From Candidatus Latescibacterota bacterium (GTDB taxonomy: Bacteria > Latescibacterota > UBA2968), in NCBI GenBank assembly GCA_965198115.1, contig OZ240241.1, forward strand, positions 7,488,001 through 7,552,000: a DNA stretch of 64,000 bases, read 5' to 3'. Each line of letters begins with the position of its first letter. Position 1 is the first letter of the stretch. Position numbers and translations under genes: made by a program. Below, one piece after another: positions 10,831 to 21,604 of the stretch. Below the pieces are notes generated by a model. The model searched no databases. It saw nothing but the letters and a program-made list of their open reading frames with translations, and had not been told where the DNA came from.

Positions 10831-10875
10831 GGCCCCCCGGTCGAAACCGCGACCGGGGGGCCTGAAAAGCTTTTT
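10831..10875 (+). terminator. Strong hairpin, probable intrinsic terminator
   Basis: 13-bp perfect stem GGCCCCCCGGTCG/CGACCGGGGGGCC, then AAAAGCTTTTT. Confidence 0.55.
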
Positions 10876-11002
10876 GAATGTGGTGTCAGGAGGTAGGGAT
10901 GTTTTCGGAATTCGAGGTGGCCAAGGATCAGCCCGTTTGGAATGATTGGAACCATTTTATAGAGTGACGCCGCATTCTTTGGCCATTCTTTTCGTGTCCT
11001 GG

Positions 11003-11385
11003 GATGCCCGCAACTTCAAGCCTGCCACACAGATGCGTCGCACTCGATGTGTTTGTCGGTGAGCGTCATAGAGGCGTTCCAGAGCGTTCCAAATTCCGGG
11101 CTTTTCCGATGCCCGAATATAGGGCCTTTGCCACCAGGGGAGAAGGAAACAGCCCCCTTTAGCCCCCTTGGAATCAATTTAATGGGGAATCGAAATTACC
11201 GGACGACGATCGATGCCCGAAAGGCGCTACGGGACTGCGTTTTTCTGCTTTTTGACGCTGGACGGGATCTAGATCGTCCCTCAAAGAGTCGCGTTCCAAC
11301 CCGATGCCCGAAAGACAGGACTTTTGCCAGACGGGGACAGGGAAACAGCCCTTTGAACCGATTAATGGCCGGCCGAAATTAGAAA
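11003..11385. repeat. Non-coding region with four GATGCCCG motifs and two long imperfect direct repeats
   Basis: GATGCCCG at 11003, 11108, 11212 and 11303; CGTTCCAA..CCGATGCCCGAA..TTTGCCA..GGGGA..GGAAACAGCCC..TTAATGG..CGAAATTA repeated at ~11084-11198 and ~11292-11381. Confidence 0.7.
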
Positions 11386-12022
11386 ACTACCAGAGGATCT
11401 ACATTGTGGGAGTTACGAGAGGCGGCTTGCCGGACCCACCAGCCCACCCAACCGGCCTACGAAATCCCCGCCCTCTATCGCATTGTCGTCCACCTTATCT
11501 CTCTTGAGCGACCGCTAGGAGGTCTAGGCGACTGAGTAGTCCCACCGTGATCGTCGCTTGGAGTCCCAGAACACGAAGGCGCTTAGCAGCTCCTGGGCAG
11601 GTTCAGAATGCAGTAAAGTCTTTGTACGCAATCCGCCTCAGCCTTCGACCCGCAGGGCACAAAGTAGCATGTGTCGTCCAGAGCACTGTCCTTGAGCCAC
11701 AGGAGGATGCCAACCTGGATGACCAGATGACGCTGCATGGTTTCTGAGCGATGCGCGCATACGATTCGGGACGAGGAGTTGGCCGGCTTCATCGAGCACC
11801 AATTGACCCAAGCGGTCCAGCGAGTCCGAGGCCGGCCCGCGACCACTCCGTTCGTCTCCGTCCTTCCGCTTCGCCGCCGCATCCCGTGTTGCCGTGGCCT
11901 TGCTCACGGCGTCGCCACCGTTGAGCGCCAGCAACTCGCGGCGGCCACCGCGGCACCGAGGCGTCAACGCACCGGCACCACGTCGGGAACCGGGCGAGCG
12001 GTCCATCCGCGATGCGGCTAAA

Positions 12023-14782
12023 CTAACGGCCCCATCCGTACCCGAGCCGCACGTAATAGTAGGCGCCGTTGAAGCCCCACGGCGTGTACTCGCTGTATTT
12101 CTCGCCGACCGACATCGCGCGCGCGCTCTCGTCCGGGTAGGCGTTGAACACGTTCTGGCCACCGATGGTCAAGTTCGCTCCGGCGCCGAGCGCGATGCTC
12201 GCCTCCAGGTCGACAAACGGTCGGCCGTCGAAGAAGCCCTGATCAATTCCGCCGGACGGCAGGAACGACTCGGCAAAGCCGCTGTCGTAGTCGTACCAGC
12301 CGCCGAAGTAGTTCAGCCGGCCGACAACGCTCACCCGTGCGATCTGCTGGGTCACACCGATGTTCCAGCGGGTCCGCGGCAGCGCGTAGGCGTACTCGGT
12401 CAGACGCCGGTCGTTCAGCAGCCCCATCTCGTTGTCGGTCACATCGGTGTCGGTGTAGTTGAAGACGGCGCTGATGGTCGTGTTGCCGCGTAGCGCGAGC
12501 GGCGTGAAGGTCGACACCAGATCGATCCCCTGCGACGCGGTGGAGAACGCATTCGTGAAGAACCGGAACCGCCGCAGGTCGCGGGCGGCCGTCACTCCCG
12601 ACGCCAGCAGACCATTGATCTCGTCTGCCGTAAGCGTGAAGTTGCTCGTGATTCCGATGCGGTCGGACACGTTGATCCGGAAATAGTCGGCCGTGAAGCT
12701 GAACTGGTCGGTGCCGAAGACGACGCCGACGGCGTAGTTGATCGATTTCTCCGGGGCAAGCGGGACGCCGCCGCGCAGCGCCGCCAGCGGCGAGGTCGAC
12801 GGGATGGTGCCGTTGTTGACCAGATCGCCGAGCGCGGGGTCGAAGATGGTCGAGATGTTGAATCCGTTCTGCTGGCCCGGCGTCGGGGCGCGGAACCCGC
12901 TGCTCGCGCTGGCGCGCAAAAAGAGGAAGCGGGCGGCGAGCTTGCCATTCACCGTCGTGCCGAAATCCTCGAAGCGCTCGATGCGAACGGCTGACCCGAG
13001 CGTCCATTCTCCCTCGGTGCCGGCCAGCTCGAGATCGCCGTAGGCCGCGACGTTGCCGCGGCTCCAGGTCCCCGCAGCCATCGGCCCGTAGCCGAAGAAC
13101 CCGTTGGACCCGGCCGAGAAGCCCTGTCCCCGGCCGTAGGGGCCGACCGTCCACGACTCCGGATCGCCGGCCTGGGTCTCGTACTGCTCGTTCCGCCATT
13201 CCGCGCCGGCTGCGATGTTGATCATCTCGGTGGCGGCAAAGGAGAAGTCGGCGTTGAGGCCGACAGCCCGCTGCCGGTTGCTGCCGAGATTGAACGCGGT
13301 CGGCGTATCGGGGCCGAGCGAGGCGTTGACCGTATTCCTGATGAAGAGGTCGGTCTCGTGGGCGCCGAAAGAGGCGCTCACGTCCCAGTTGAAGCCGCCG
13401 GCGGTGAAGCCGCGGACCCCGCCCACCACCGACATGTCCTGCGCTTTGCCCCCGAAGCTCGGCGTGAAGCCGCCCGGGAACAGCTCCCGGAACGAGAAGC
13501 AGTTCGGGTCGTCGAACACCTGCTGCAGGGCAACCGGGTCGGCCACGTTGTTGGTAATGGCCACCGTCGGGCAGTTCGCCGAGCCCGTCCCGTTCGCCGC
13601 CAGCACGTCGCCGATCAGCAGCGTCTTACCCCTGTCGGCGCTGAACACACTGCCGCGGGTGTTCGGGTTACGGAAGAAGAAGCCGCCGGTCACCTTCTTG
13701 CTGGCATAGTTGGTGTGGGCGTAGACCTGCACGCTGGCGTCGGAGGTATAGCCGAAATTCCCGAAGAGCTTGAGGTCGTCCTCAATCTCCGGCGAGCCCC
13801 AGACCTGCGGCGTGTCGGACCACACGTCAGCGTTGCCGGCGGCGATGAGGGCGATCGCGTCGTTGCGCGGCGCACTCCGGTTGGTGGGGTTCGCGCCGCC
13901 GTACTCCAGGCTGAGGTTGGCGAAGCCGCTGGCGCCGAGCGGCAGACCGACGTTGGCGGCCACATTCATCGCCTCGCCGTCGCCGTCGCGGTACCTACCG
14001 GTCCCGTACTCGAAAGCGCCGCCGGAGGCCGCATCCTTGAGCTGGAAGTTCAGCACGCCGGCGATCGCGTCCGAGCCGTACTGCGCGGCCGCCCCGTCCC
14101 GCAGCACTTCGACCTGCCGCAGCGCGATGGCCGGGATGGCCGAGATGTCGGGTCCCTGCGAGCCGAAAGCCACCCCGTTGCCGCCGTGCCAGTCGATGAT
14201 CGACGAGCGGTGGCGGCGCTTGCCGTTGATCAGAACCAGCGTGTGGTCGGGAGCCAGGTTGCGCAGCATCGCCGGCCGGACGACCGTCGAAGCATCGCTG
14301 ATCGGCTGGGCGTTGACGTTGAAGGACGGGACAACCGTCCGGAGTTGATCCTGCAGGTTGACGGTCCCCTGCCTGGCGATGTCCGAAACCGGGATCACGT
14401 CCACCGGGACCATCGACTCGGTCACGGTGCGGGGGCGGGTGCGGCTTCCCACCACAATCAACTCGTCGAGCGCGAAGACCTCCACCTCGAGCTGGATGTC
14501 CAGATTGAGGGTCTGGCCCGCTGCAACCGTCACCTCCTGGGTGTGAAGACCGAAGCCGAGGAGGCGGATCTCCAGCGTGTGTGTGCCCGCGGCCACGCCG
14601 GAAATCGAGAAGGCGCCGGTTGCCGCCGTGTAGTCCACCAGTCCCAGCGCGGGAATATCGACCCAGGCGTTGACGAGTCCCTGTCCGCTTTCGACATCGC
14701 GAACGTTTCCTTCAATCGTGCCTTGGCCGAAGGCGGCAGTAGGAACGACCAACAGTAAGATGGTCATGAGCGCTCTTCTCAT
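12023..14782 (-). CDS. TonB-dependent outer-membrane receptor with N-terminal carboxypeptidase-like domain
   Basis: Signal peptide; plug motifs LRNLAPDHTLVLINGKRRH and EVLRDGAAAQYGSDAIAGVLN; C-terminal aromatic beta-strand. Confidence 0.93.
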   Translation of the reverse strand: MRRALMTILLLVVPTAAFGQGTIEGNVRDVESGQGLVNAWVDIPALGLVDYTAATGAFSISGVAAGTHTLEIRLLGFGLHTQEVTVAAGQTLNLDIQLEVEVFALDELIVVGSRTRPRTVTESMVPVDVIPVSDIARQGTVNLQDQLRTVVPSFNVNAQPISDASTVVRPAMLRNLAPDHTLVLINGKRRHRSSIIDWHGGNGVAFGSQGPDISAIPAIALRQVEVLRDGAAAQYGSDAIAGVLNFQLKDAASGGAFEYGTGRYRDGDGEAMNVAANVGLPLGASGFANLSLEYGGANPTNRSAPRNDAIALIAAGNADVWSDTPQVWGSPEIEDDLKLFGNFGYTSDASVQVYAHTNYASKKVTGGFFFRNPNTRGSVFSADRGKTLLIGDVLAANGTGSANCPTVAITNNVADPVALQQVFDDPNCFSFRELFPGGFTPSFGGKAQDMSVVGGVRGFTAGGFNWDVSASFGAHETDLFIRNTVNASLGPDTPTAFNLGSNRQRAVGLNADFSFAATEMINIAAGAEWRNEQYETQAGDPESWTVGPYGRGQGFSAGSNGFFGYGPMAAGTWSRGNVAAYGDLELAGTEGEWTLGSAVRIERFEDFGTTVNGKLAARFLFLRASASSGFRAPTPGQQNGFNISTIFDPALGDLVNNGTIPSTSPLAALRGGVPLAPEKSINYAVGVVFGTDQFSFTADYFRINVSDRIGITSNFTLTADEINGLLASGVTAARDLRRFRFFTNAFSTASQGIDLVSTFTPLALRGNTTISAVFNYTDTDVTDNEMGLLNDRRLTEYAYALPRTRWNIGVTQQIARVSVVGRLNYFGGWYDYDSGFAESFLPSGGIDQGFFDGRPFVDLEASIALGAGANLTIGGQNVFNAYPDESARAMSVGEKYSEYTPWGFNGAYYYVRLGYGWGR

Positions 14783-15325
14783 CGCATGATCCCCTGGAAG
14801 CTTTGGACGTGGCAAGCAGTTCGATCAGCTTGCCCTCTGAAGTTTATCGTAGAACCGGAATTCCCAGATCTGAAAGGAAAACGGGGGTTCGAGGATAGTT
14901 TCTCGTCGACTGAGCGGGCTACGCGCGACGGAATCCGTTCCCGTTGCCCCCGTTGCCATCGATCCTCCTGATCTTACCGGTCAGCGTCTGGAGACCCTCG
15001 AAACCGTGAACCTAACGCTGGGCACTCGGTTTGAAGTACACTCCGAGCCTCCCATGACAGCCCTGCGGGACGCTGGCCAGGACGTGGAAAGACGACGATT
15101 TTTAGGCTTGGGTCGAGTGGCCTCACGTACTCGGTCGACGAGCTCAAGAGGCGTCTCCGTCCCATCGAACCTCGAAAATATACACAGCGCCGACCCGACG
15201 CACGGAAAGCACCCGACGCTTGCGATCGGGGGACGTTGAAGTCCAGCGGTGAAGCAGAATCCCGCGACGATCCCGGGCTATTCGCGTTGTCTCCGAAGAC
15301 AGCTGCACGTGACAGATTCTAAGCT

Positions 15326-16114
15326 ATGAGCAAGAAATCATTTCAGAGCGTTCCGAAACCAAAAATGCTTACCGATGACGCCCTGGAGTCCTTTGAAAAA
15401 GCGGGTCCAGGCCATGGCCTGGCCCTTGAAGAACCTCCCCGCAAGATTGTCAAGCAGGAGAAAACCACTGAGCCGACAAAACGGCTCAGCGTAGATGTTC
15501 CGGTCTCCGTCCATCGGCGTTTCGAGACAGCGTTGCTTCCCGACCTTTATCTCCACGGTCTCTCCCAGGGCGACTTCGAGTTGTCTTTGCGTGATATGGG
15601 CATCTGGGCGGCCGTTGATCAGGTCTGGCCAGAGAGCCGGCAACAACGGTGCTGGAACCACAAGATCCTCAACGTGCTCGACAAGGTCGCCAAGCGTGCA
15701 CAGGCTGAAGCCCGCGCACTGCTCGTCCAGATCCCCTATGCCGGCACGAAAAAGGAGGCCGAGAAGCTCCGGAAACGCTTTGCCGCACGGTATCGCTCAC
15801 AGTTCCCTGCCGCCGTGGAGACGCTCGAAAGAGACTGGGATCGGATGGTCACGTTCTACGACTTCCCGAAGGAACACTGGAAACACCTGAGAACCACGAA
15901 CGTCGTCGAGAGCCCCTTTGCTTCCGTTCGGCTTCGCACAAACGCCGCCAGGCGATTCAAGAAAGTCAGGAACGCCACGACTCTCATCTGGCGTACGCTC
16001 AAGGTCGCAGAGAGCCGATTCAGGAAACTCACCGCGCCACACTTGCTACAACAAGTCTACGATCAGAAACACTCAACCGGACCGCAGGTCGAAGCCGGGA
16101 AGATGGCCGCCTGA
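15326..16114 (+). pseudogene. Chimeric ORF: ParG-like ribbon-helix-helix N-terminus fused to an internally deleted IS256 transposase
   Basis: TKRLSVDVPVSVHRRF (RHH strand-helix) joined at ~15534 to IS256 sequence. Confidence 0.7.
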
Positions 16115-16144
16115 TTTCTTTTACACACCTATTGACCTGAACTC
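15534..16144 (+). mobile_element. IS256 fragment with 327-bp internal deletion; one terminal IR intact
   Basis: Matches the complete copy except that the equivalent of 23011-23337 is missing; ends ...ACACACCTATTGACCTGAACTC. Confidence 0.9.
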
Positions 16145-16335
16145 TACTTCCGAACCCAAACAACGTCATACTTGCACTCCCATACCGTGTGACGTAGACT
16201 CCTTACGTTGTTCATTAGAGAGCCTTCCTTCCGTGTGCTTTGAGCGGTCCACGGCAAGGGAGGCTCTTACATATTTCTGGAACTGTCAAACTCTGGGAGT
16301 CTCCCCGGCAGAGCCGGGGGCTTACCAAGGTTTAG

Positions 16336-17889
16336 TTAACGCGCCCTGCCCGCCGTGCTTGCGCGCAGGACCTTCCAGGTGCTGTAGCACATGGCGATCA
16401 GCACTAGCGCGAAAGGGAGGGCGGTGGCGAGGATGGCCGCCTGCGCAGCCACGAGGCCGCCTCCGAGCAGCAGCGCGATAGCGACGACCCCCTCGAAGGC
16501 GCACCAGAACACGCGCTGGGCGACCGGCGCCTCCAGCTTGCCGCCGGCGGTGATGGTGTCGATGACCAGCGATCCGGAGTCGGAGGAAGTGACGAAGAAC
16601 ACCACCACCAGCACGATGCCGATGAACGACGTGACGCTCGCAAGCGGCAGCGTTTCCAAAAGCGCGAACAGCGCGATCTCCGGCTGCTGCGCCTGCACCG
16701 CGGCGATCACGTCGGGATAACCGCTGTCGACATACTGCGACACCGCGGTCCCGCCGAAGGCGTTCATCCAGAACGCGATAAACAGCGTCGGGATAACCAG
16801 CATGGAGGCGATCAGTTCGCGTACCGTCCGGCCGCGCGAGACTCGAGCGACGAACAGGCCGACGAAGGGGGACCACGAGATCCACCAGGCCCAGAAGAAG
16901 GTCGTCCAGCCGTGCATGAAGTCGAAGTCCTCGCGGGCCACCCAGTTGCTGAGCGGTCCGATCTCCGCGAGATACTGGCCGAGGCTGGTCACGGTGCCGA
17001 TGACGACATGGAGCGTCGGCCCAACCGCCAGCACGAACGCCAGCAGCAGCAGGGCGAGCAGCAGGTTGGCTTCGCTCAGCCGCTTGATCCCCTTGTCCAT
17101 CCCGCTGACAACCGACGCCAGCGCCATGCCGGTGATGCCGACGATCAGCAGCACTTGGGTGGTGTCGGTCGCCGGCACGCCCCACAGGAGGGCCAGCCCC
17201 GCCGTTACCTGTTTGGCACCCAGACCGAGCGACGTAGCCAGCCCGAAGAGCGTGGCGAAGACGGCGAGAGTGTCGATGCCGTGGCCGAACCGGCCCCACA
17301 CCGCCTCCCCCATGAGCGGATAGAACGCCGACCGCAGCGTCATCGGCAGGCCGAGGTTGTACGACGCGAAGGCGATCGACAGCGCCACCAACGCGTAAAT
17401 GGCCCACCCATGGATTCCCCAGTGGTAGATGGTGCTGGCCATGGCGAGGCGCGCCGCCGCCGGGTCGTCCGCATCAAGACCGAGCGGCGGTTGCAGGAAA
17501 TGCTCCACCGGCTCCGACACCCCGAAGAACATCAGACCGATACCCATCCCGGCGGCGAACAGCATGGCGAACCAGGTCGGTCTGGAGTAGTCCGGCCGGG
17601 CACCCGCGCCGCCCAGGCGCACGCTGCCAAGCGGCGACGCCACCAGCAGCAGGCAGAAGAGCAGGATGAAGTTGCCCGTGCCCATGAGCACCCAGTCGAA
17701 GGTTGACATGAGCCACGCGCGCAACGCCACGAAGGCGGCCGCCGCCTCGGCCTGGAACGCCAGCACTCCGGCGGCGAACGCGATGATGCTGAGGCTGGAG
17801 ACGATGAAGACCGGATTGTGCATGTCTAGGCCGAGGAGCCGGACGTTATCCTGACCCAGCTTGTAGTCGGTCTTCGACATCGTAGCCAT
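16336..17889 (-). CDS. BCCT-family (betaine/choline/carnitine) transporter
   Basis: WFAMLFAAGMGIGLMFFGVSEP, HWGIHGWAIY, WTTFFWAWWISWSPFVGLFVARVSRGRT and FFVTSSDSG motifs. Confidence 0.95.
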   Translation of the reverse strand: MATMSKTDYKLGQDNVRLLGLDMHNPVFIVSSLSIIAFAAGVLAFQAEAAAAFVALRAWLMSTFDWVLMGTGNFILLFCLLLVASPLGSVRLGGAGARPDYSRPTWFAMLFAAGMGIGLMFFGVSEPVEHFLQPPLGLDADDPAAARLAMASTIYHWGIHGWAIYALVALSIAFASYNLGLPMTLRSAFYPLMGEAVWGRFGHGIDTLAVFATLFGLATSLGLGAKQVTAGLALLWGVPATDTTQVLLIVGITGMALASVVSGMDKGIKRLSEANLLLALLLLAFVLAVGPTLHVVIGTVTSLGQYLAEIGPLSNWVAREDFDFMHGWTTFFWAWWISWSPFVGLFVARVSRGRTVRELIASMLVIPTLFIAFWMNAFGGTAVSQYVDSGYPDVIAAVQAQQPEIALFALLETLPLASVTSFIGIVLVVVFFVTSSDSGSLVIDTITAGGKLEAPVAQRVFWCAFEGVVAIALLLGGGLVAAQAAILATALPFALVLIAMCYSTWKVLRASTAGRAR

Positions 17890-18239
17890 ATAGTTTCGTC
17901 AGCGTTGCTTCAGAACAGACCAGCGACAAGCCTGACTTAGTGTTGCAATGTGGGCACTTAGTGGTGAAGTGTTTGTCGGAGAGAACCTGCAGATCGTTGG
18001 CGCTGTTTAATACTAAGAGTCATCGGATTTTCGCTCTCCCGTTGTAGCCTTTAAGTGTAGGACAAACCGCACATACACGTAGCCTCTCACGGTAACCGGG
18101 CAAGTTTCATGCCCTACTCGCCCACTGGGGGTACGCGCGCCAATCGGGCTCACTTGGGAGCCATAGCGGGATGGCATCTGTGGACTAGGTCGCGCTGACC
18201 AATTCCGTGGCCCCGGAAATTGTGGGGGATATCCCCAAC

Positions 18240-18545
18240 CTATTCTTTTTCAAAGCCCTGGCTCGTGAACTTCAGTGTCCGGCTGTTCTCCGTGACCGTG
18301 CGAACGACGTGATCAGGGGCTCCGGACGGAACCTCGGCTTCTATCTCGAGGGTCACCGTGACCTTAGCTCCTACCAAGCCGGAAAGATGCGCGATCACCT
18401 CGTCCGCGATCCGGCTCGTGTCGCGGCCTACCCTCGCGGAATCAAGCGTAGCAGTCCCATGAAACCGCGTAGGTTGCGGCGGAGGTGAGCCCGGCGGAAC
18501 CTCCCCGGGACCCGATCCTCCTTCGTCCTGCCGATGCCAAGACCC
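18240..18545 (-). pseudogene. C-terminal fragment of a DUF499 AAA+ ATPase
   Basis: Own minus-strand translation: [74 protein letters not shown]. Confidence 0.7.
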
Positions 18546-18682
18546 GCTGCGATCTCATCCGCCAAATCATCGCGCATCGGACTCCTTGGGCGGCTGCCGA
18601 CGAACTCGATTTGCTTGAATTCCCAGTGGCTGTCCTCACCAAGGCTGAGTTGGCGTCTGATTTCTCCTTCGCTGTAGGTCAT
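18546..18682 (-). pseudogene. N-terminal fragment of a Schlafen/AlbA_2 DNA-binding domain protein
   Basis: [27 protein letters not shown]...DDLADEIAA. Confidence 0.7.
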
Positions 18683-18840
18683 CGGTCGCCTCCAAACCCA
18701 AGTGCCTCCAAATTGACCTTGGTGGCGGTCTAGCCTCCTGCCTTGGGCCTGCTGCTCCCTCAACTGAGAGACGAGCCGTTTCATCTTGTCCTCAAACGGC
18801 TCCCCGTCGTCCTCCCGGGCTTCCGCACCGACGTAGCTAG
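18683..18840 (-). pseudogene. hsdM: C-terminal fragment of a type I restriction-modification methyltransferase (HsdM)
   Basis: [36 protein letters not shown], a typical HsdM C-terminal helix. Confidence 0.7.
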
Positions 18841-18982
18841 CGACCGGGGGTGAGCACATGGCCGTGCTTGCTCACTTTGTGGTTTTCTCATATTTAGCCA
18901 TACCCACCGCCATCGCTCTGCCAGCGCCCACGCCGGGCAACGGCTGAAAACCATCACGGGAAGGGGGCGTCCTTGTGGTCCG

Positions 18983-21604
18983 TCAGAAGGAGACGGTCAC
19001 GGTCATGGATATCGTCCGGGGCGCGCCCAGCCAGGCAGCGTTCTCGGTGATCGCGGACAGATAGGGGCTGTCGAGTACGTTGTTCGCCACGATCGAGAAC
19101 TCCGTCGCCCGGAACAGATCGCTCAACGCTTCGCCGCTGAAGCTGACGTAGGCGTCTACCACCCAGTAGGCGTCGGTGTACCAGTCCGCCGTCAGACTGA
19201 CGCGGCGCGATGCCGTGTATTTCGCAGACAGCCCGCCACCCAGGGGTCCGGTGCGGTCGAGGGACACGACCCACAGCCGAGGCGGCACGCCCGTAACGTC
19301 GGTACCCGGGACAATGCCCTGGCTGGCGTCAACGAGCGGATCGTCGGTCCCGACGTATTTAGAGTCGTTGAGCGTGAGAGCGGTGTAGAGCGATGTCCGA
19401 CCCGGCATCGCTACCGTGGCGGCCAACTCGACACCACTCGTTTCGATGCCGCCCGCATTGAAGTAGGCCCCTCCTCCGGGGATGAGGTAGTTGGGTCCTG
19501 CGGGCGTCTGCGGGCCAAGGTAGAAGATCCGGTTGTCAAAATCGATGGAATATAGGGTGGCGCTCAAGGTGAGCCGCTCGCCGGAGTATTGAACCCCGAC
19601 ATCGATGTTCGACGCGGTCTCGGGCTCGAGAAGGTCCAAACTGGCTCCCGGGACCTCGAGCAACGTGCTGCTGATCGCCCTGAAGTTCTCGGCGTAGCCC
19701 GCGAACAGGTCGAGGCCCTCGACCGGCGTCTCGTAGGTGACGCCGCCGGAGAAGAGCAGCTCCGAATCGGAATCGACACCAAGGTCCCGATCAATGCCGA
19801 ACTGGTCCTCGCGCGACACGGAGACAAGGTACTGCTTGACGCCGCCGACCAATTCGAACGGGCCGAAGTACAGCGTCTTCTCCACATACCACTTGAACAC
19901 GTCCTGCGGAAAGTCCCACTCGTACTGGTGCCAATAGGCCTGCTCGTCCCACTTGAAGTTGAGCGCAGGGTCCAGCATCCGGTGCCAGTCCCGGCCGAGG
20001 TCGCGCCGCGAGTCCTCGTACCAGATGCCCGCGCGCAGTGCGCTGCCCCCTCCCCCGCCGAACGGAACGAACCACTCTGCGTCGATGTTCGCGCCGAGGC
20101 GATTCTTGCCGTAGTGGCTGTGGCGGTACGACTGTACCGCGGTCGCCCCCGGGTGGCATGCCGGGTCGACCTCCGGGCCGCCCGACCCATAGTAGTTGAA
20201 GATGTAGGACGACGTGCATCCCGGCACGGGTCCAACGGCGACGCCGTTGCTGTCCACGAAGCCGATTACTCCGAGCTGGCCGCCGCCCCGCACCGGCGCA
20301 CGGCCCGCCAGCTCCGACTCCGGTCCATCCCCGTCGTCCGCCACGTCCACGATGTAGGGAGGCAACCAGTCGCCGCGCCCCGAGTTGCGATGGTGGTATG
20401 CGCCCGCGCTCAGGGAGACCGACTCGCTGACGGACCAGTCGGCCTTGAGGTAGGCGAACGTGTTCTTGCGCCGCGTCTGCCAGCCGGGCCGGTAGAACTG
20501 GTTCAGGTAGGGCACGCCGGGCCAGTGGCCGACCAGCCGGTCCCAGCGCGGATCGGCCCTGAAGTCGGCCTCGCCGTAGAGCCTTTGGTAGACATCCTCG
20601 TGGATGTCGTCGTGCGAGATGTAGCCGGTGAGATCGAGAGGTCCGTGCGAAGACACGATCTTGGCGGCGAGGTGCTCCCGCTCGTTCCTTGCGGAGCCCT
20701 CCATCCAGTCGGTCGCCTCCTGCCGGACCGCGGCGACCCAGGCCCGCGTCGTGCCGCCGAACAACGATCCGGTCTCGACACGCGCGGCGAACCGCTGGCC
20801 CTCGTTCTCGCCGATCGTGACGGACGCCGTGTGGCTCTGCTCGACCGCCGGGTCGGCCGTCAAGAAATTGAGCGTGCCGCCCAGCGCCTCGACCGACCGG
20901 GAGGCGATGTCGGCGGTCCCCTGCGACACCTCGACCCCACCGAGGTTCATCGGGTCGACGAACCGGTTCGCCTTCGCGCCGCTCCAGTAGTCCGACGTGC
21001 CATTGGGGAATCCGTCGATGGTGGTACCGATCTGTGCATCGTTGATGGTCGACTGGAACCCGCGCATGACGACGTTGCTCGACCAGTCGTCAAAGGCGTA
21101 CGCGTCCCCCTCTTGGACGGACACGCCGGGAAGGTTGTCGATCACCGACGTCACAGCGGTGATGTTCGACTGCTGCCTGATCATCGGCTCCGCGACGAAA
21201 TTGCGCGCGAAGACCGTGGACTCCTCCGCCACCACGCTGATTGGATCGAGCAGGGAAGCGGGCTCCAGAACGATCGGGATCGTTTCGACTGCACCCGCGC
21301 GGACGGTGACCCAAAACTCCCAGGGCGCATAGCCGAACAGGGTGGCGGTCACGAGGTGGTCGCCGGCCGCGAGACCGGTGAATTCGTATGTGCCGTCGGC
21401 TTCCGTGACGACTTCCGCGTCCACGCCGGAACCGGTCGCCGTCACCAGGACACCGGGCAAGGCGTTGCCGAACACGTCCACGACCGTGCCCCTGATGGTT
21501 CCCGTCGACTGGGCGGTCGCCGGCGGTGCGGCTAGCAGTAACAGCAGCGCGGCGCGGCCACAGACAGCAGCGATGAGGCAAAGGCCCCTTGACGAAATAG
21601 GCAT
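18983..21604 (-). CDS. TonB-dependent outer-membrane receptor
   Basis: Signal peptide, carboxypeptidase-like N-domain, plug (IDNLPGVSVQEGD, GTTIDGFPNG), NNVLD motif and terminal Phe. Confidence 0.92.
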   Translation of the reverse strand: MPISSRGLCLIAAVCGRAALLLLLAAPPATAQSTGTIRGTVVDVFGNALPGVLVTATGSGVDAEVVTEADGTYEFTGLAAGDHLVTATLFGYAPWEFWVTVRAGAVETIPIVLEPASLLDPISVVAEESTVFARNFVAEPMIRQQSNITAVTSVIDNLPGVSVQEGDAYAFDDWSSNVVMRGFQSTINDAQIGTTIDGFPNGTSDYWSGAKANRFVDPMNLGGVEVSQGTADIASRSVEALGGTLNFLTADPAVEQSHTASVTIGENEGQRFAARVETGSLFGGTTRAWVAAVRQEATDWMEGSARNEREHLAAKIVSSHGPLDLTGYISHDDIHEDVYQRLYGEADFRADPRWDRLVGHWPGVPYLNQFYRPGWQTRRKNTFAYLKADWSVSESVSLSAGAYHHRNSGRGDWLPPYIVDVADDGDGPESELAGRAPVRGGGQLGVIGFVDSNGVAVGPVPGCTSSYIFNYYGSGGPEVDPACHPGATAVQSYRHSHYGKNRLGANIDAEWFVPFGGGGGSALRAGIWYEDSRRDLGRDWHRMLDPALNFKWDEQAYWHQYEWDFPQDVFKWYVEKTLYFGPFELVGGVKQYLVSVSREDQFGIDRDLGVDSDSELLFSGGVTYETPVEGLDLFAGYAENFRAISSTLLEVPGASLDLLEPETASNIDVGVQYSGERLTLSATLYSIDFDNRIFYLGPQTPAGPNYLIPGGGAYFNAGGIETSGVELAATVAMPGRTSLYTALTLNDSKYVGTDDPLVDASQGIVPGTDVTGVPPRLWVVSLDRTGPLGGGLSAKYTASRRVSLTADWYTDAYWVVDAYVSFSGEALSDLFRATEFSIVANNVLDSPYLSAITENAAWLGAPRTISMTVTVSF

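Noticed and set aside
19589-21535. Long antisense or alternate-frame ORFs (648 aa here; also 13358-14758, 16322-17407, 60002-61030)
   Set aside because: Shadow ORFs expected from high-GC codon bias opposite or overlapping clear genes; no motifs.
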